Below the pieces are notes generated by a model that was not told the origin of the DNA, searched no databases, and worked only from the letters and a program-made list of their open reading frames with translations. The translations under genes and the position numbers were made by a program. From positions 3,661 through 67,660 of the IMG/VR virus record IMGVR_UViG_3300027806_000042: a stretch of 64,000 nt of DNA. The stretch is one strand, 5' to 3'. Below are positions 29,201 through 39,254 of this stretch, one piece after another. Position 1 is the first letter of the stretch; the number at the start of each line of letters is the position of its first letter. This stretch comes from a virus.

Positions 29201-29533
29201 TAAGGCTTGCTGCTTTCTAGTGCCTTCGGAAAGCTGACTTGTGCCGTAGTCTGAAATGGCTTGGCCTACATTCCTTAAACCACGGCCAACAATGTTATCC
29301 TCCATGCCGGGGACAACATTGATAATTGATCCAGCGGCAGTAGGAATCTGCCCAACGCCGCGCATAAGATAACCATACGCATCAGGTATGGCTTTCTTTT
29401 GTCTATCAAATGACTGCTCAATAATCGGGCGGTAGCGAGGGTCTAAAGCAATCTGCCGTTCGGCTTGCTCTTGCGGGATATTATCTGGAACCTCTACAAA
29501 AGACCCATCAGGGAGCGGAATATAATAACTCAT
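23201..29533 (-). CDS. Very large internal virion/polyvalent protein (about 2110 aa)
   Basis: Last gene of the structural arm; HEAFH zincin-like motif; C-terminal LPD38-like region. Confidence 0.75.
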   Translation of the reverse strand: MSYYIPLPDGSFVEVPDNIPQEQAERQIALDPRYRPIIEQSFDRQKKAIPDAYGYLMRGVGQIPTAAGSIINVVPGMEDNIVGRGLRNVGQAISDYGTSQLSEGTRKQQALFDLAMQEAESKGLGEQAKTALAEAIRNPRIVAGVAIESLPSLATALVGGLAVRGAAGVASRVAGRQLAQTTATRAGVAGAVGTESLLEGGSSADEVYRTITALSPEQLQRSPEYQELLKQGLNPDEAKERLAVSAARQAAAQTAVISGTVGAALPGAEGAMFRPMTRRGVVGRALGTSLSELGQEAGQEGGAALSENIARQRAEVDRELLAGVGSRATMGAIVGAGVGAGVGAARRGPGPEIDRTEDAELRDALQAGQPEFQRAAIVERGLNIPAEDFLSRPAEEQEKLFASAQEALRPAPSIRQISPEDFSAAAQGLRSGENQEAALGTLASQYIADQIKDKPSYTVSVPSLQAYLSGIAGRQIPMGEVKAALDRQIQSAENQSGEFGFSLGKGESKKGKIKKYVANNLSSQSSEIANERIAAVEEGRVETPMGAPSEAPEGPGFALPSDVKQTLQDLRGGVKPKQQSLVQFLRKAGGLNNTGYMAGEVSNILGSNKALPGLINNQPRTPIKNQNGKTVGYKGGLTLDRAREKLVEEGFLPEDADINDMLNAIREELSGGGVNFGLTEDYEGQERQRAAQQLERALDEAGVTARDSDEDIARALGFEVPSTPVTEGDVEALDQARFANAPAKPLGPAEEYSARNQPGQATQPEQATKPSPAFDFMAVINDRLNKIRAKGKQGEAIATAIERDMKSGKFQPEQIYAAFKAGEVMAAILPAGANHEIRFVERILKNDIEAQGRRLAPIDTAASGIIEISLSDSVLSMAQETAAHEAFHVLQDYYGQYDPAFKKLMGQSFKDNMTLDQVDSTIKRKLQTIRMPGSKDSYWDFLKSTLPGNIESAREAEAYVFGSLHDAAKRGVPMTGLKPSFTRFVNMLTKFTRRMGNSLRGDGFNSPDDVFGRVVEGDAGRFAGDAAPEFRGSESSARLPQSIIESANIKLESEGGLKGALQRAEFGILTPEETARYSRTSSPEGIEYKKNLDDQRAAWSKMDWRRKTIEDYSEKLREPNLTDDGIFKIQKRIQNARMKYKEAVTEAELVGIGEFDPFPADIRFTAKIGEFPGDEKYMYRSYAPEGFPFASLQHDYHNPAYRIPERGAASEEYSARTLPKISAAHQSAIDKVTGTYGQEPDSLFRKALDALTGARAKYTFLYGGEKPGEAPVKRRVNARTSLVLSSVNQAYPAHLLDQLLRSKGRPDLATAGRSWEGSMNNDARIAYMMNGGGYKFNIARGVLERDPAVKSMQAMIAGRVSTKPEESKAFQTYLVASQERDLRKQGRAGFTNLTDTEINNVIRESERDFPAWKEAKKDLNNWNNSLLQILVDTGVIDKETKDKLMGSFYTPLYRTMEDDAYHNADQIIGPSTAGTFKNPSDALKKREGGEDPIGDLFENIIRNADAIVKSGLKNVAMRNTAKGMEFAGLAEKVPTRLQGAKNILTIRENGKDVHYRIDDPLMMVAISTAPPQIQNSFVKALASFSGFIRNTITLAPPFMLANLWRGRQMAYVQEGVPFFNFFTRGFKDTLKQTTAYTSIGDVSGFGGYTWGQGGPDVTKELKRRVRMEDGTASMLDRAMGFVKSLERAGEVTEFAERTRLVNHLVSKGVDPDEAAFQAYLLAPYSRRGIGTGIFGGLISTLAPLIPFLNAKIQGTYRLMENEKNLGAKKFIGRLVARGAVLGLFSVAAAIYAAESDPEEWDNEPIERKMLYDIAYVNGTTVLLPRAFEVGTWFGAIPVMVYDAYRKQHGGDLARAFAFAFTNTLGSSPIPAAVDPLLTVMTNYDFFRQRQLESAGMQSRPASERVQEDTSRVAEGVAYAINNTIGQLPRGAKMEISPIQAQSILQGYLGTTGVMILSAIDGFLGWTGVTPGKPAGPLGDPNTPLGIATTLSGMRRFIKGDEEKVSRFVGDFYDLKREVTQWTTAMNDARLAGDMARANEIASERSDLFSLKKQVDKASRDVGEISRRMRAIQNNPNMDPQEKADALVPLRQRRNQITGTIMEQAMDRGVR

Positions 29534-30903
29534 TGAGGGGCGGGCCAAAGATTGGGTTGACGAATCTGGCCGGGTGGTGGCCTGCCAGAACCTTGCGTTG
29601 GGGCCGGGGTTTCAAACAATGTTGGATTAGCCCCGCCTCGCAATGCGAGAAGCCTTCTAATTTCATCTGCCTGCGCTTCAAGTCGCGCACGCTGATCAAT
29701 TAAACCTTGTCTTTCTGTTCGATCAGTTGTTTCCCTAATTTGCTCATTCAGCCCAGCAATACGCCGCGTATAATCTGGAAGCGCCCGTTGCAAACTTTGT
29801 GCGCTAGCAAGTTCGTTTTGTTCCTCCCTAGCCGCCACCCTTTCCGCCCTACGCTCCGCACGATCACCAGCAGCCTCACCCAACCGCAATTCACTCAACC
29901 TTAGTTGACGTTCCTGATTAGTGATAATGCCGCGGCGATAGGCTTCCTCAGTCTGAGCGCGACGGATAGTGATTTCATCCTGAATACCTTGACGCTCACC
30001 CAAACGACCTTGGCGCATTTCTTGCGTATAGGATTCCAAACCACGCAACCCACCCTGCCCAAGATTAGCAAGAGCGTTAGGGTCTTTACTCGCCATCATA
30101 GCAAGGCCAGCCTGCATCAAGCCGGTATTAACAGCATCCTTCCGGTAATCTTCCCGGCTCTGTCCAGTAGCCCTTGGACGGTCATACAAGGCTTGTATGG
30201 TGGGGTCTGTGGTTTGACCGGATGGTTGTGCCGCTACAGCGTTAATACCAGCGCCAGCGCGTGTGGGGCTAGGGGCTTGTCTTGGTTGACCGGGCGGCGG
30301 CGCAGGCGGGCCGTATGGTTCACTAGCGGCACGTTCAGCGGGCGGCGTGGATTCAGTGCTGGCAGGGGCGGCGGGTCTCTGCGCTGGCGCTGGCGTGGCG
30401 GCAGGTTGTTCAGGTGAAAATGGAGGCGCAACACCAAGACGTTCAGCAAGGGCAGAAGGCTCAATACCATATTGCCTTGCAACATTATCAATCATGGCAG
30501 GTGTGCGAAGCGATGGGTCCAAAGACAATTCCGCCGCAGCCGCATCAAGAAGGCGCGGGCTTGTGGAGCGCGGCAAACCAGATGGCATCGGCCTAAAAAC
30601 AGGCAATCCACCACCCTCAGCCATCCGAACAACACCACCTTCGCGGAAAGCCTCAATACCAGCCTCCTCCTCTTGCGGCTGTTCTTCAGGGTAATACTCA
30701 GGCTGCGCTTGGCTTGCAGCTTCCTCAGCCATGCTAGACTGTGGCGCTGGACTAGCCATAGCGCCCTGCCTCATTTGCTGGCGCCGCTTCATTTCTGATA
30801 GCACCAAGTAAGACGGGGCCAATCCAGTAGGATTCTGCAACTCACCGGAAAGCTGCATGTCAGAAGCGTTCTTTAATGCGTCCTGAACCTGAAGAATGTT
30901 CAT
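29530..30903 (-). CDS. Internal virion/ejection protein
   Basis: Position; Pro/Ala linker and coiled coil; EGGVV/AEGG motifs. Confidence 0.65.
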   Translation of the reverse strand: MNILQVQDALKNASDMQLSGELQNPTGLAPSYLVLSEMKRRQQMRQGAMASPAPQSSMAEEAASQAQPEYYPEEQPQEEEAGIEAFREGGVVRMAEGGGLPVFRPMPSGLPRSTSPRLLDAAAAELSLDPSLRTPAMIDNVARQYGIEPSALAERLGVAPPFSPEQPAATPAPAQRPAAPASTESTPPAERAASEPYGPPAPPPGQPRQAPSPTRAGAGINAVAAQPSGQTTDPTIQALYDRPRATGQSREDYRKDAVNTGLMQAGLAMMASKDPNALANLGQGGLRGLESYTQEMRQGRLGERQGIQDEITIRRAQTEEAYRRGIITNQERQLRLSELRLGEAAGDRAERRAERVAAREEQNELASAQSLQRALPDYTRRIAGLNEQIRETTDRTERQGLIDQRARLEAQADEIRRLLALRGGANPTLFETPAPTQGSGRPPPGQIRQPNLWPAPQ

Positions 30904-30910
30904 ATCAACC

Positions 30911-31894
30911 TCACCGGTTATATTGATTGTAAGCACCCAAACCAGCAATCCCAAGGCCCGCAATCTGTGTCAGAGGGTTTGGATTAGCATAAGTATTCTG
31001 GACCGTAGCAGGGGTTACAGGCGTCCCTCGCAAAATACGAGAAAGGAAATCAATGTTGCCTTTCTCATTGTCCCTTTGGTCAAGGAAGTCCTGATAAGCC
31101 GTATCAAGTTCACGTTGCGTTTGCTGTTGCTGGGTAGAACCCACCTGCTGTAGTGCTTGCGCCCGCTGCAAACCAAGCCCCTGCTCGGTAGCCCCAAGCT
31201 GCCCAAGGGCAGAACCAGCCTGCATACCAAGGCCAGCCCCCGACAAACCAAACTGCGCCCCTGCCAAGCGTTGCTGCTCGGTCAAACCTTGCGCCTGGAT
31301 AGATGCAGCCCGATCACGTTCAAACTGACCCTGAGCCTGTTCAAAAGCCTTCTGCCTGCCAGCGCCCTCAATATCTGAAAGCTGCCTGCCAAGGCCACGT
31401 TGCGCCACGCCCTCTTGAATGCCTTGACGATACCCACCAAAGGCCCCTGCCTTAATGGCTTGAGTTTCCCGAGAAGGCCGACCCTCTTGGAAATCCTGCA
31501 CCGCAGAAGCCTTCTGCCGGTCAATCACCTGCTGCATATAAGGCGACATATACTGCTCTGCCTGCTGCGAACCAAAAGATGATTGCTGGATTGGGGCAGT
31601 TTGATAGTTAGAAGCAGCCAATCCGGTAAGGCCAGCCTGCCCGGTTAATGCCGCACCCGCTTGGACATTCTGAGCGCCTTGGACGTTTCTGGTTTGTTGA
31701 AAGCCAGCCTGCGTATCAAGGTTAAAGTCAGCAATTCGCTGACCACCATAGCTGACATAAGGCTGGTTTGATTCTTCCTCGGCCCGCTCCATCATCCGTT
31801 CAAAATATGGACGAGCATATTCAGGAAGATTGGAAGTGTTAGTTGTGGATTGTGTGGATCCACTGCTGCCGCTGCTACCGCTGCTACCGCCCAT
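30911..31894 (-). CDS. DNA ejection/pilot protein
   Basis: Gln/Gly/Ala-rich; MGG start, GAFGG motif, C-terminal GLGIAGLGAY. Confidence 0.65.
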   Translation of the reverse strand: MGGSSGSSGSSGSTQSTTNTSNLPEYARPYFERMMERAEEESNQPYVSYGGQRIADFNLDTQAGFQQTRNVQGAQNVQAGAALTGQAGLTGLAASNYQTAPIQQSSFGSQQAEQYMSPYMQQVIDRQKASAVQDFQEGRPSRETQAIKAGAFGGYRQGIQEGVAQRGLGRQLSDIEGAGRQKAFEQAQGQFERDRAASIQAQGLTEQQRLAGAQFGLSGAGLGMQAGSALGQLGATEQGLGLQRAQALQQVGSTQQQQTQRELDTAYQDFLDQRDNEKGNIDFLSRILRGTPVTPATVQNTYANPNPLTQIAGLGIAGLGAYNQYNR

Positions 31895-31895
31895 A

Positions 31896-32309
31896 TTAAA
31901 TATCCTTCTCAAACATCGTCAAGCCACGCTTTACACCGTAAGGTTCAAGCAGCTTAATCCAGCCTTCCCGGCCATGACCCTCAATAGCTTCGCAATCCTG
32001 ATCCTTGGCAAACTTAGTAATAACATCAATCATCTGGTTCCGCCAAGAACGAATATCATTACCACCAGTAAAAAGGGAGGTCAGAACCCTTTTAGACGGG
32101 TAATCCGTAACAGTGGTTACTTCACACCCCATGATTTGCTTATCATCATCAAAGGCAATCCATAGTTGATAGCGCCCCATTTGAGAAAAACTATAAACAT
32201 CATAAAGCATAAACCTACCATTAGTCACTTCAACGGCAGGTTTAAGGAAAACTTTTACTGTATCCCAAACATCATTTATGTATTCAGGAGGAACAAGGCT
32301 TACATTCAT
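31896..32309 (-). CDS. GNAT-like protein of the tail module
   Basis: LWIA...GG...W...FAK...C.AIEGHGREGW. Confidence 0.65.
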   Translation of the reverse strand: MNVSLVPPEYINDVWDTVKVFLKPAVEVTNGRFMLYDVYSFSQMGRYQLWIAFDDDKQIMGCEVTTVTDYPSKRVLTSLFTGGNDIRSWRNQMIDVITKFAKDQDCEAIEGHGREGWIKLLEPYGVKRGLTMFEKDI

Positions 32310-33607
32310 TGTTCATGGACCAAAGAACCGGCCTTCAATCGCCCAGGTTGCTTAGTTGATCCAGTCTTTTGCTTGCGAATACCATCCATCATTTCATGTA
32401 ATCGCCTAGCGCCAGCGTCCGTTGACCCGTCACCAATGGCCGATACAATATCAGAAGGAATCACAAATTCGCCATCCGCAAGCCTTACCTTCTGGCGCCC
32501 CTCAATACTGCCGGGGACAAGATCATCTAGCCCGCCGCCCGCACCACGGATGCGACCGCCTGTAATCCGGTCCTTTAAGGCCATGAAGGCATCATCACCC
32601 ATGGCACTACGGAACCGCTCAATAGCCTCTTGGGGCTTAGGATGCTCACCAAGCAAAGCGGCCTTAGCTTCATTCATGAGATTAGCGGTTGTCTCTTGGT
32701 TGCCTTGGCGAAGATCAGCTAGGCCACCCTTGGCAAAATACCGATACTCAGAGGAGTAACCGGGACGGTAATCTGAGGATGGGGCGTTCCATTGACGGGG
32801 GTTAGAAGGAAACCTCTCAGGGTATTTGCTTGCGTCATACGGAGTTTCACCCGGCATTGCAGTGGGGGCAAAGGCATCGGTGGCGGTTGTGTATGCCCCG
32901 CCAGCCGTGATGGCGGCAGGAATGGGATTAGCAATCACATTACTTCCCAATTTACTAAGCGCGGCGCCAGGATTATTTAGAACATCAGTGGCCGTATTCC
33001 CTGCGTGGGCAAATTTATTAGAAATAGTCTCCCCAAATGTAGGGGCGGCAGGACCAACATCAGCAACAGAACCATAGACTTGAGTGGGGGCGATTGGCCC
33101 CATAATATCTCCTGCCGGAATAGCAGAACTAGCTTGAGTAGCGGCCTGCGTGGCGGCTTCTGTCCCCGCCTGAGCGGTAGCCTGAGTAGCAGCTTCTGTC
33201 CCTGCTTGAGTGGCACCTTGAGCCGCAGCATCAAATCCTGCTTGGGTAGCAGCCTCGCCAACACCAGAGAACAACTGACCGCCAGCATAAGTGGTGGCGC
33301 CAGCAATCAAGCCTTTAGTAAGCGCCCTTTCCGTGCTATCGCCTTGTGCCGCACCAAGCGCAGTCCCTGTCAAGCCAGCGGCAGCAGCGCCACCCAAAGG
33401 CCCGCCTAAAGCAGTCCCTGCAACACCCGCCGCAACAGGCAGCAATGACGCAAAGTTAAAGGCTTCCGGCAAGCCTGTATGGGGATTGGTAGTGAACCTA
33501 CGGCCCGTCAACTGCTCAATACCAGCAAGCTCCTTGTCGCTCACATGGACAAGATTATTGTCACCGTTCCGGCCATATCTTGCTAGACCATTGGCTACAT
33601 TCTTCAT
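32306..33607 (-). CDS. Internal virion protein
   Basis: GRNGD..LVHV, TNPHTGLPEAF, C-terminal DDLVP...RLADGEFVIP...GA..L. Confidence 0.65.
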   Translation of the reverse strand: MKNVANGLARYGRNGDNNLVHVSDKELAGIEQLTGRRFTTNPHTGLPEAFNFASLLPVAAGVAGTALGGPLGGAAAAGLTGTALGAAQGDSTERALTKGLIAGATTYAGGQLFSGVGEAATQAGFDAAAQGATQAGTEAATQATAQAGTEAATQAATQASSAIPAGDIMGPIAPTQVYGSVADVGPAAPTFGETISNKFAHAGNTATDVLNNPGAALSKLGSNVIANPIPAAITAGGAYTTATDAFAPTAMPGETPYDASKYPERFPSNPRQWNAPSSDYRPGYSSEYRYFAKGGLADLRQGNQETTANLMNEAKAALLGEHPKPQEAIERFRSAMGDDAFMALKDRITGGRIRGAGGGLDDLVPGSIEGRQKVRLADGEFVIPSDIVSAIGDGSTDAGARRLHEMMDGIRKQKTGSTKQPGRLKAGSLVHEQ

Positions 33608-33617
33608 GACATTACCC

Positions 33618-34190
33618 CTAAACTGACGTAACCGTTGCTATGACGGATGGAATAGCAGGACAAAAAGCAGTTGCACCTTCAGCTATAAGTTGCACGGCAG
33701 CATCTTCCACGGCCCACATAATCTCTATGTAATCCCCACCGAGCAAAGGAACAATAAAATTCCAAGCAGGAATTAACTCAGATTTTGTTCCCTGAATAGA
33801 AACCTTACCAGTTGAATTACTTATATCTGTACCATTTCTTCTTAACCATATCCAGATATAGTGACTTGAACCACTACTCTGATCTATTTGCGCCGAAAAC
33901 TGTATGTTGTATATTCCACGATTCTTGACCGTAATGCGACTATTATTAGTTACACCTACCTGATTAGCAGAAACGGTAGAATTAAACTTCATGGCATAGG
34001 CTGTATTAGCAGCCGCAGCCGTTTGGGTAGTCGTGTCGTAGAAGGAACCGTAGTAACCAGAAGCCTCAGCAAAGTTAGGGGAACCCTCAAACGTCCTATC
34101 TAGGTTCTGGTCTATGGCCCGATGGAATTGCATCGCCCATTGGGCATCATATTCCTCCGGTGGGGTAGGTAGCCTAGCCCGCCCTATCAT
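33618..34190 (-). CDS. Tail-associated structural protein
   Basis: [10 protein letters not shown]-terminus; C1q/BclA-like [10 protein letters not shown]. Confidence 0.6.
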   Translation of the reverse strand: MIGRARLPTPPEEYDAQWAMQFHRAIDQNLDRTFEGSPNFAEASGYYGSFYDTTTQTAAAANTAYAMKFNSTVSANQVGVTNNSRITVKNRGIYNIQFSAQIDQSSGSSHYIWIWLRRNGTDISNSTGKVSIQGTKSELIPAWNFIVPLLGGDYIEIMWAVEDAAVQLIAEGATAFCPAIPSVIATVTSV

Positions 34191-36262
34191 CGCCGCCCGT
34201 CCGTTCTAACGTCAATCCTAGGAACACCTAGGCGCCATGCCACCCCTACAGCCGTGCTTTCCACCCTCAAACTCATCATGCGGCCTCGCAGCCGGAAATA
34301 AGTCTGGTCAGTGAATTGCTCAATAGGCAAGGTAGCAGTCCTGACCGTATTGTTGTTTGAGGATTGCTTGAAATTACCACCTGAATAATCCTGCGTTTTC
34401 AGCACAAAATTAACAGAAGGATTGGCGTTGCTACTATCCCTGAATGTAACGTCAGGAATCATGCGCCACGCAAAGCCAAACTGTTCACCCTCTCCAATCT
34501 CAAACGGGGCGCTTTCAATATAAGCCGAAATAGGGGCAAACGGGTTCACCGAACCATCATCCTGCCCTAGTTCATGGAAATAGATATAACCGTCCGTTGA
34601 AGCGGCACGGGGGTAATCTTCAATCCCCCGATCAATCCAAGCCGTTCTTACAATGGACCCAACAAACCAAACATTTTCATTGTAGTTATACACCACATAG
34701 CGGTCATTCTCAGATGAATCGGCAGAAGGGTAAAACCACCACACTTCATTAAAAGCCATATTGCTACCGGCTGTAATCTTTTCAGCCTGATCATAGTTTA
34801 TGTCGTTGAAAACATAGTCTTTCACGGAGCATGGCAAGCCCGCAAGGCGACCATTATAGACATAGAAACCATTGGTCCCCATCCAGAATACCATATCATT
34901 AGCCGCCGCAACCCCGTTAGAGGCTAGAAGGGAAGTCAAGCCAATTTGGGCAATGGAGTATTCAAAGGGCGCCCCGATGTATCTCAGGGAATGAACGGCA
35001 GCGTCCGTCCAAACAAGGATTTCCTGCCTTGTTTCTAGGGCAGTCATAAACTCAGAACCGGTAGGAATTCTAATACCGCCCGCCGAGTTTAACTCAGTAG
35101 GCGTCCAATCAGCAGGGTTCTCAGTGTCGGACCATCGAACCAATAATCTATCTTGCAGGCCGGAAACAATATCAGAACAACCAAAAGCCAACACCTTCCG
35201 ATCTTGGTCTGTAACCATAATTTGCCGGGAAACCCCTGGAACGTCAGATGCACCAGCAACGCTAGACAGTAAAACCGCCCTAACCCCCAAACCAGAAGCA
35301 TTTGACCAATAGTAAATTGGTCCGTCATTGGGATTGATAACCAAATCCTGCCCAAAGTTATCAGCAGACCAAACCCTGAGTTTTTGCCCCGTGACAAGAC
35401 CGGTAGCAGCGGAACCCCAGCCCGTTCCAGAATAGGCCGTAAGCGCCCTTGAACTAAGGGTTTGAGATACGCTTACCGTATAGGTTCCAACCCCGCCAGA
35501 ACCCGTCCCTAGGGCCGTTATGTAGGTTGCGTTTGAACCCGGTGGGGATGCAGCTACACCCGTCCCAACAATCAACTGCCCAACCGCCAATGTGCCGGAA
35601 GCAACCGCCGAAACTGTTAGTGTCGTGCCGCTAAAGGAACCTGTGAAGGAAACGCTGCCCGTAATACCGCCCCATGTGCCAGCCCCCCAACCGTTGCCAT
35701 ACAATGTGGAATCAAGGCCGGTTTGAATTTGAAAGGCGGCAGATACAGAACCACCACCCGTAGCGTCAGACGTTGCATTTAAGGGAGAGGTAATGAGAAA
35801 CACACTTGAATTGGTGACAGTGACAATCTCATATTCACCGTTAAGGGTCAGCCCGCCTACGGCGCTGGCGCCGGTAAATGTGACAAAATCATTCACCACC
35901 GCCCCATGATTAGGAATGGTGACAGTAATAGTGGCAGAGCCATTAACCGTAGTGAAAGGGTTAGATTGAACTATCGTGGTTCTGAGTGGGGTAATGTCAT
36001 TAAACGTCCCGCCACGTTCAATGTAGTATTTCAAATGCGTCCCAACACCGAGGAAGTAGTTGTTATTCAAGTCAGTGAATGGCTTTAAGCTACGGCACAC
36101 GCCGAGGAACGGTAATGATGTAGCTTTCTGCCATCCCCCAATTTTCTCAGGGGCGCCCGATCTAAACCTTACCTTATCAACCTCAGACCAAGAACCAGAC
36201 GAAGCATAACGTGATCCGTCATGCTGGATTCCTGGGGTGAAGGAGAGTTTCTTTAGGGGCAT
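34187..36262 (-). CDS. Tail hub/nozzle (P22 gp10/T7 gp12-like) protein
   Basis: About 690 aa beta-propeller-like ([17 protein letters not shown]), ending DGRR. Confidence 0.75.
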   Translation of the reverse strand: MPLKKLSFTPGIQHDGSRYASSGSWSEVDKVRFRSGAPEKIGGWQKATSLPFLGVCRSLKPFTDLNNNYFLGVGTHLKYYIERGGTFNDITPLRTTIVQSNPFTTVNGSATITVTIPNHGAVVNDFVTFTGASAVGGLTLNGEYEIVTVTNSSVFLITSPLNATSDATGGGSVSAAFQIQTGLDSTLYGNGWGAGTWGGITGSVSFTGSFSGTTLTVSAVASGTLAVGQLIVGTGVAASPPGSNATYITALGTGSGGVGTYTVSVSQTLSSRALTAYSGTGWGSAATGLVTGQKLRVWSADNFGQDLVINPNDGPIYYWSNASGLGVRAVLLSSVAGASDVPGVSRQIMVTDQDRKVLAFGCSDIVSGLQDRLLVRWSDTENPADWTPTELNSAGGIRIPTGSEFMTALETRQEILVWTDAAVHSLRYIGAPFEYSIAQIGLTSLLASNGVAAANDMVFWMGTNGFYVYNGRLAGLPCSVKDYVFNDINYDQAEKITAGSNMAFNEVWWFYPSADSSENDRYVVYNYNENVWFVGSIVRTAWIDRGIEDYPRAASTDGYIYFHELGQDDGSVNPFAPISAYIESAPFEIGEGEQFGFAWRMIPDVTFRDSSNANPSVNFVLKTQDYSGGNFKQSSNNNTVRTATLPIEQFTDQTYFRLRGRMMSLRVESTAVGVAWRLGVPRIDVRTDGRR

Positions 36263-36267
36263 ATACC

Positions 36268-37977
36268 CTAAAACTCCCACAAGATGTTGGCTTCGCCAGC
36301 GTCAAAAGTATTGCTGCCCGTATTGGTTAGGCGTACCCGGTCCAATGGACCTGACAAAGACACCACACCCGTTGATATGGCGCCGCGAATTGCGTCGTTA
36401 CCGATCAGCACCCCACGCGAAATCCAAACATTTCCTGAAACATTAAATAACGTTACCTCACCAAACCACGTTCGCGTTGCGGAATTAGTGTCCCGCGTTA
36501 AAATAAAGCCAGTAGAGAAATTTCCTTCAATGGTGGGATTGGCAAGGTCGCGGATAGCCTGCACGCCAGAGGTGTAGCCACTTGTTTTAACAGAGCCAGA
36601 ACCAATCTGCATCAAGAAATTATCGGTGCCGGTCAGACTTACCCCATTAAAAATGAGCGTAATCCGTCGCACCCCTGCCGGAATGCTGGTGAAGTCAATC
36701 GCCGTGCCGCTTGTGGTTGCCTGCGCTGTTCCGCGCTGGATTTGCAGGGCTTTGTCATCCACATTCACCGGCCCAACCAGATTGATTGCACCAGAACCGG
36801 GGATGGTGGCGCGCAACACGCGGCGGTCTGAAGCACGCGAACCGGGTGGTGTTGCGGTAATCACCAAAGCACTACTACCGTCCGTGTTCACCGCCATATC
36901 CATTGACGAAACAGGCGCAAAGTTTTCATTCAGCGCTTGGATGGTGCCGGTTCGTGAATTTGACGCACTGGCGTCAACCGCGCGAAGATAAAGAACCGTG
37001 AAAGCCTGCCCCGGCACATTATCAAGAGCAGCGAATGAATTGCCGCCTGAATTGTTCACTTGGAACAGTCGGCTTCCGCCTGCCGAAATGTCCAGCACAT
37101 TTGAAGCAGACTGATAAATCCCCGTATCCGTATCACCCGAAAACGAATAAGCAGGCGCGGCGGCGGTGCCGGAACCAACTGACTGTATTTGCCCTGTTGA
37201 ATTGATAACCATGCGCGTAGCAAGTGCGCCATTCCCCCCTGTCTGGAACCCAATGCCGTTGCCGGTTTCGAAAATCCGCACATCAGCATCTTCACCAGCC
37301 GCGTTTTTTATATCAATGTATCCGCCACCGCCATTGCGCGTGATTTCAATGGAGCCGTCTTGGGTTAAGTTTATAGAATTGGAACCAGAAATATAAGAAA
37401 GAGCAGAGGCCGAAAGACGTAAAACTTCCGTGCCATTAGCGGAAAATCCTAATTCACCAGCCGTTGGCCCATAAATCCCCGTATCCGTATCACCAAAGGT
37501 AACAGAAGGGACAGCAGCAGAACCCTCACCAGCAGCAACATTAGTAGTAATGGTATTGGTAGCCGCGTTAAAAGGAACACCAACCGCCACCACATTAGTC
37601 GCATCACAATAAACTTGCTGCGTGAACCCGTTAGCAATAGTCACACCAGACCCAGCCGCAGTCTTAACCACCACACTAAACCCGCCCGTGGTGGCATTGC
37701 GGAAGGTGTAGGTCTTATCCGCAGTAGGGACAATTACATTGCAACTTGCCGCCAGCGTCCCGGTCAATACAAGAACCGCATTACGGGCTTCATCAGCCAC
37801 CCCACTACCCGTGGTCAGGGTGTAACTAGCCCCTGAAACGGCAACTGACTGTACCCCAGCAATGGCCTGTTCCAGCAATGTGCCAAGGTTGTAATTGGCT
37901 GTATTGTTCCAATTAGCGGCCTGCTCACCAGCCCCAATCAATTCCAATCTAAGCGATGGTGAATAGGTAGAAGGCAT
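36268..37977 (-). CDS. Tail fiber protein
   Basis: [17 protein letters not shown]-terminus; two PxxxFxDTDTGIY repeats. Confidence 0.8.
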   Translation of the reverse strand: MPSTYSPSLRLELIGAGEQAANWNNTANYNLGTLLEQAIAGVQSVAVSGASYTLTTGSGVADEARNAVLVLTGTLAASCNVIVPTADKTYTFRNATTGGFSVVVKTAAGSGVTIANGFTQQVYCDATNVVAVGVPFNAATNTITTNVAAGEGSAAVPSVTFGDTDTGIYGPTAGELGFSANGTEVLRLSASALSYISGSNSINLTQDGSIEITRNGGGGYIDIKNAAGEDADVRIFETGNGIGFQTGGNGALATRMVINSTGQIQSVGSGTAAAPAYSFSGDTDTGIYQSASNVLDISAGGSRLFQVNNSGGNSFAALDNVPGQAFTVLYLRAVDASASNSRTGTIQALNENFAPVSSMDMAVNTDGSSALVITATPPGSRASDRRVLRATIPGSGAINLVGPVNVDDKALQIQRGTAQATTSGTAIDFTSIPAGVRRITLIFNGVSLTGTDNFLMQIGSGSVKTSGYTSGVQAIRDLANPTIEGNFSTGFILTRDTNSATRTWFGEVTLFNVSGNVWISRGVLIGNDAIRGAISTGVVSLSGPLDRVRLTNTGSNTFDAGEANILWEF

Positions 37978-37978
37978 G

Positions 37979-38413
37979 TCAATAAACCCTTATAATCGCC
38001 GTTTGGTCGGTAGCAGCCGGAAACCGAATCTCAAACGTATTGTTGGAAGCTACCCTAGTTATACCAAAATCCAGCACAATGCAGGCTGGATTAGTGTAGG
38101 TATGAACAGGGGTTGAATTGTAAATCAATGCGCCACGGGCAGCTATCGTAGCGCCCGCCCAAGACACATTGGAAAAGGTCACAATACCACTAGACCCAAA
38201 CTCTACTGGATTAGATTGCGTCAACACTAACCCGCCCGCAGTATAACCAGACCCAACAATCTCACCCGTCGCGGTGTAAGCCGTAGTGCTGGAATTAAGG
38301 TTAGCGGCCTCAGTGTAAAGGGCTATCTTAAAGACATTACCACCAACCCGGAAGTCATGCGCCCCTTCCAAAAGCTGTTTCTTGAATGACGTGCAATATG
38401 CGGAAGTAATCAT
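37979..38413 (-). CDS. Structural protein
   Basis: SFKKQLL..HDF...FKIALYT...GYTAGG...ARGALIYN...LDFG. Confidence 0.65.
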   Translation of the reverse strand: MITSAYCTSFKKQLLEGAHDFRVGGNVFKIALYTEAANLNSSTTAYTATGEIVGSGYTAGGLVLTQSNPVEFGSSGIVTFSNVSWAGATIAARGALIYNSTPVHTYTNPACIVLDFGITRVASNNTFEIRFPAATDQTAIIRVY

Positions 38414-38414
38414 A

Positions 38415-39047
38415 TCATGTCACCTGAAGGCGCGGAGCATCAATGCGGAAATTGTCTTTCTTATTAAGACCTTCCCCAAGGTTCTTCAACCTAGCCAGCA
38501 CTTCATTATAGCGCGTTGTATAAAGCGCAATCAAGTCAGCATCGCCCTTCATGTAAGTATAGGCTTCAATCAAAGCACCATAAAACAATACACTCTCAGC
38601 ATTTTCGCCAAGCCAGCTAGTGTTGGTTGTGACAATGCTTTCAGGCTCATAGAAGTAATACATTTCAATACTATAAGCAGACCCAGGAGTAGGGGCAAAT
38701 GCCAGCCTATCCTCATCAATTACAGCATAAACCCTTGGAATCCCACGATAACTAACAACCGGAAAAGCCTCATTCAGATAGCCAGCTTCCTTTTCCAGAA
38801 GGTAATTGTAGGAACCACCCGTAATAACCGCCACGGCATAAGCGGAAAGGAAATCATCAGGAACGGTAAAATACTTATCATTCGCAGTCAGGGTAAAAGA
38901 TTGAACCTTCCTCAGCGCCGGGATTTGAACGGCTTTGTAAATCCGATCCTCGGCCAAATTCACAAAGTCAGGAATAGCGGCAATAAACTCAGTAGAATAA
39001 TTCTGAGTGTAGTCTTGCAACATACTCGAAAGTTCTGCGTAATTCAT
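38415..39047 (-). CDS. Head-tail adaptor/tail tubular protein
   Basis: MNYAEL..QDY, LAEDRI, GIPRVY, APTP, YGALIEA. Confidence 0.7.
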   Translation of the reverse strand: MNYAELSSMLQDYTQNYSTEFIAAIPDFVNLAEDRIYKAVQIPALRKVQSFTLTANDKYFTVPDDFLSAYAVAVITGGSYNYLLEKEAGYLNEAFPVVSYRGIPRVYAVIDEDRLAFAPTPGSAYSIEMYYFYEPESIVTTNTSWLGENAESVLFYGALIEAYTYMKGDADLIALYTTRYNEVLARLKNLGEGLNKKDNFRIDAPRLQVT

Positions 39048-39060
39048 TGCCGATTACCTA

Positions 39061-39240
39061 TTACTGATCGCCTTGGAACATAGTTCCTTTGGTTGCAGCG
39101 CCCGTGCCGCGAATTTTCGCGGTTGCTTTCTTGGGCGGATAATCTTTCGCCGTGGTAAAACTGCCAACCGACATTGAGATATTTTTTAGGCCACGGTTGT
39201 AATCTTCACCAGCTATGGGAAGGGGTTGCTTTTTGTCCAT
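39061..39240 (-). CDS. Small basic virion-associated protein
   Basis: C-terminal IRGTGAATKG. Confidence 0.6.
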   Translation of the reverse strand: MDKKQPLPIAGEDYNRGLKNISMSVGSFTTAKDYPPKKATAKIRGTGAATKGTMFQGDQ

Positions 39241-39254
39241 TATATCATTCCTTT

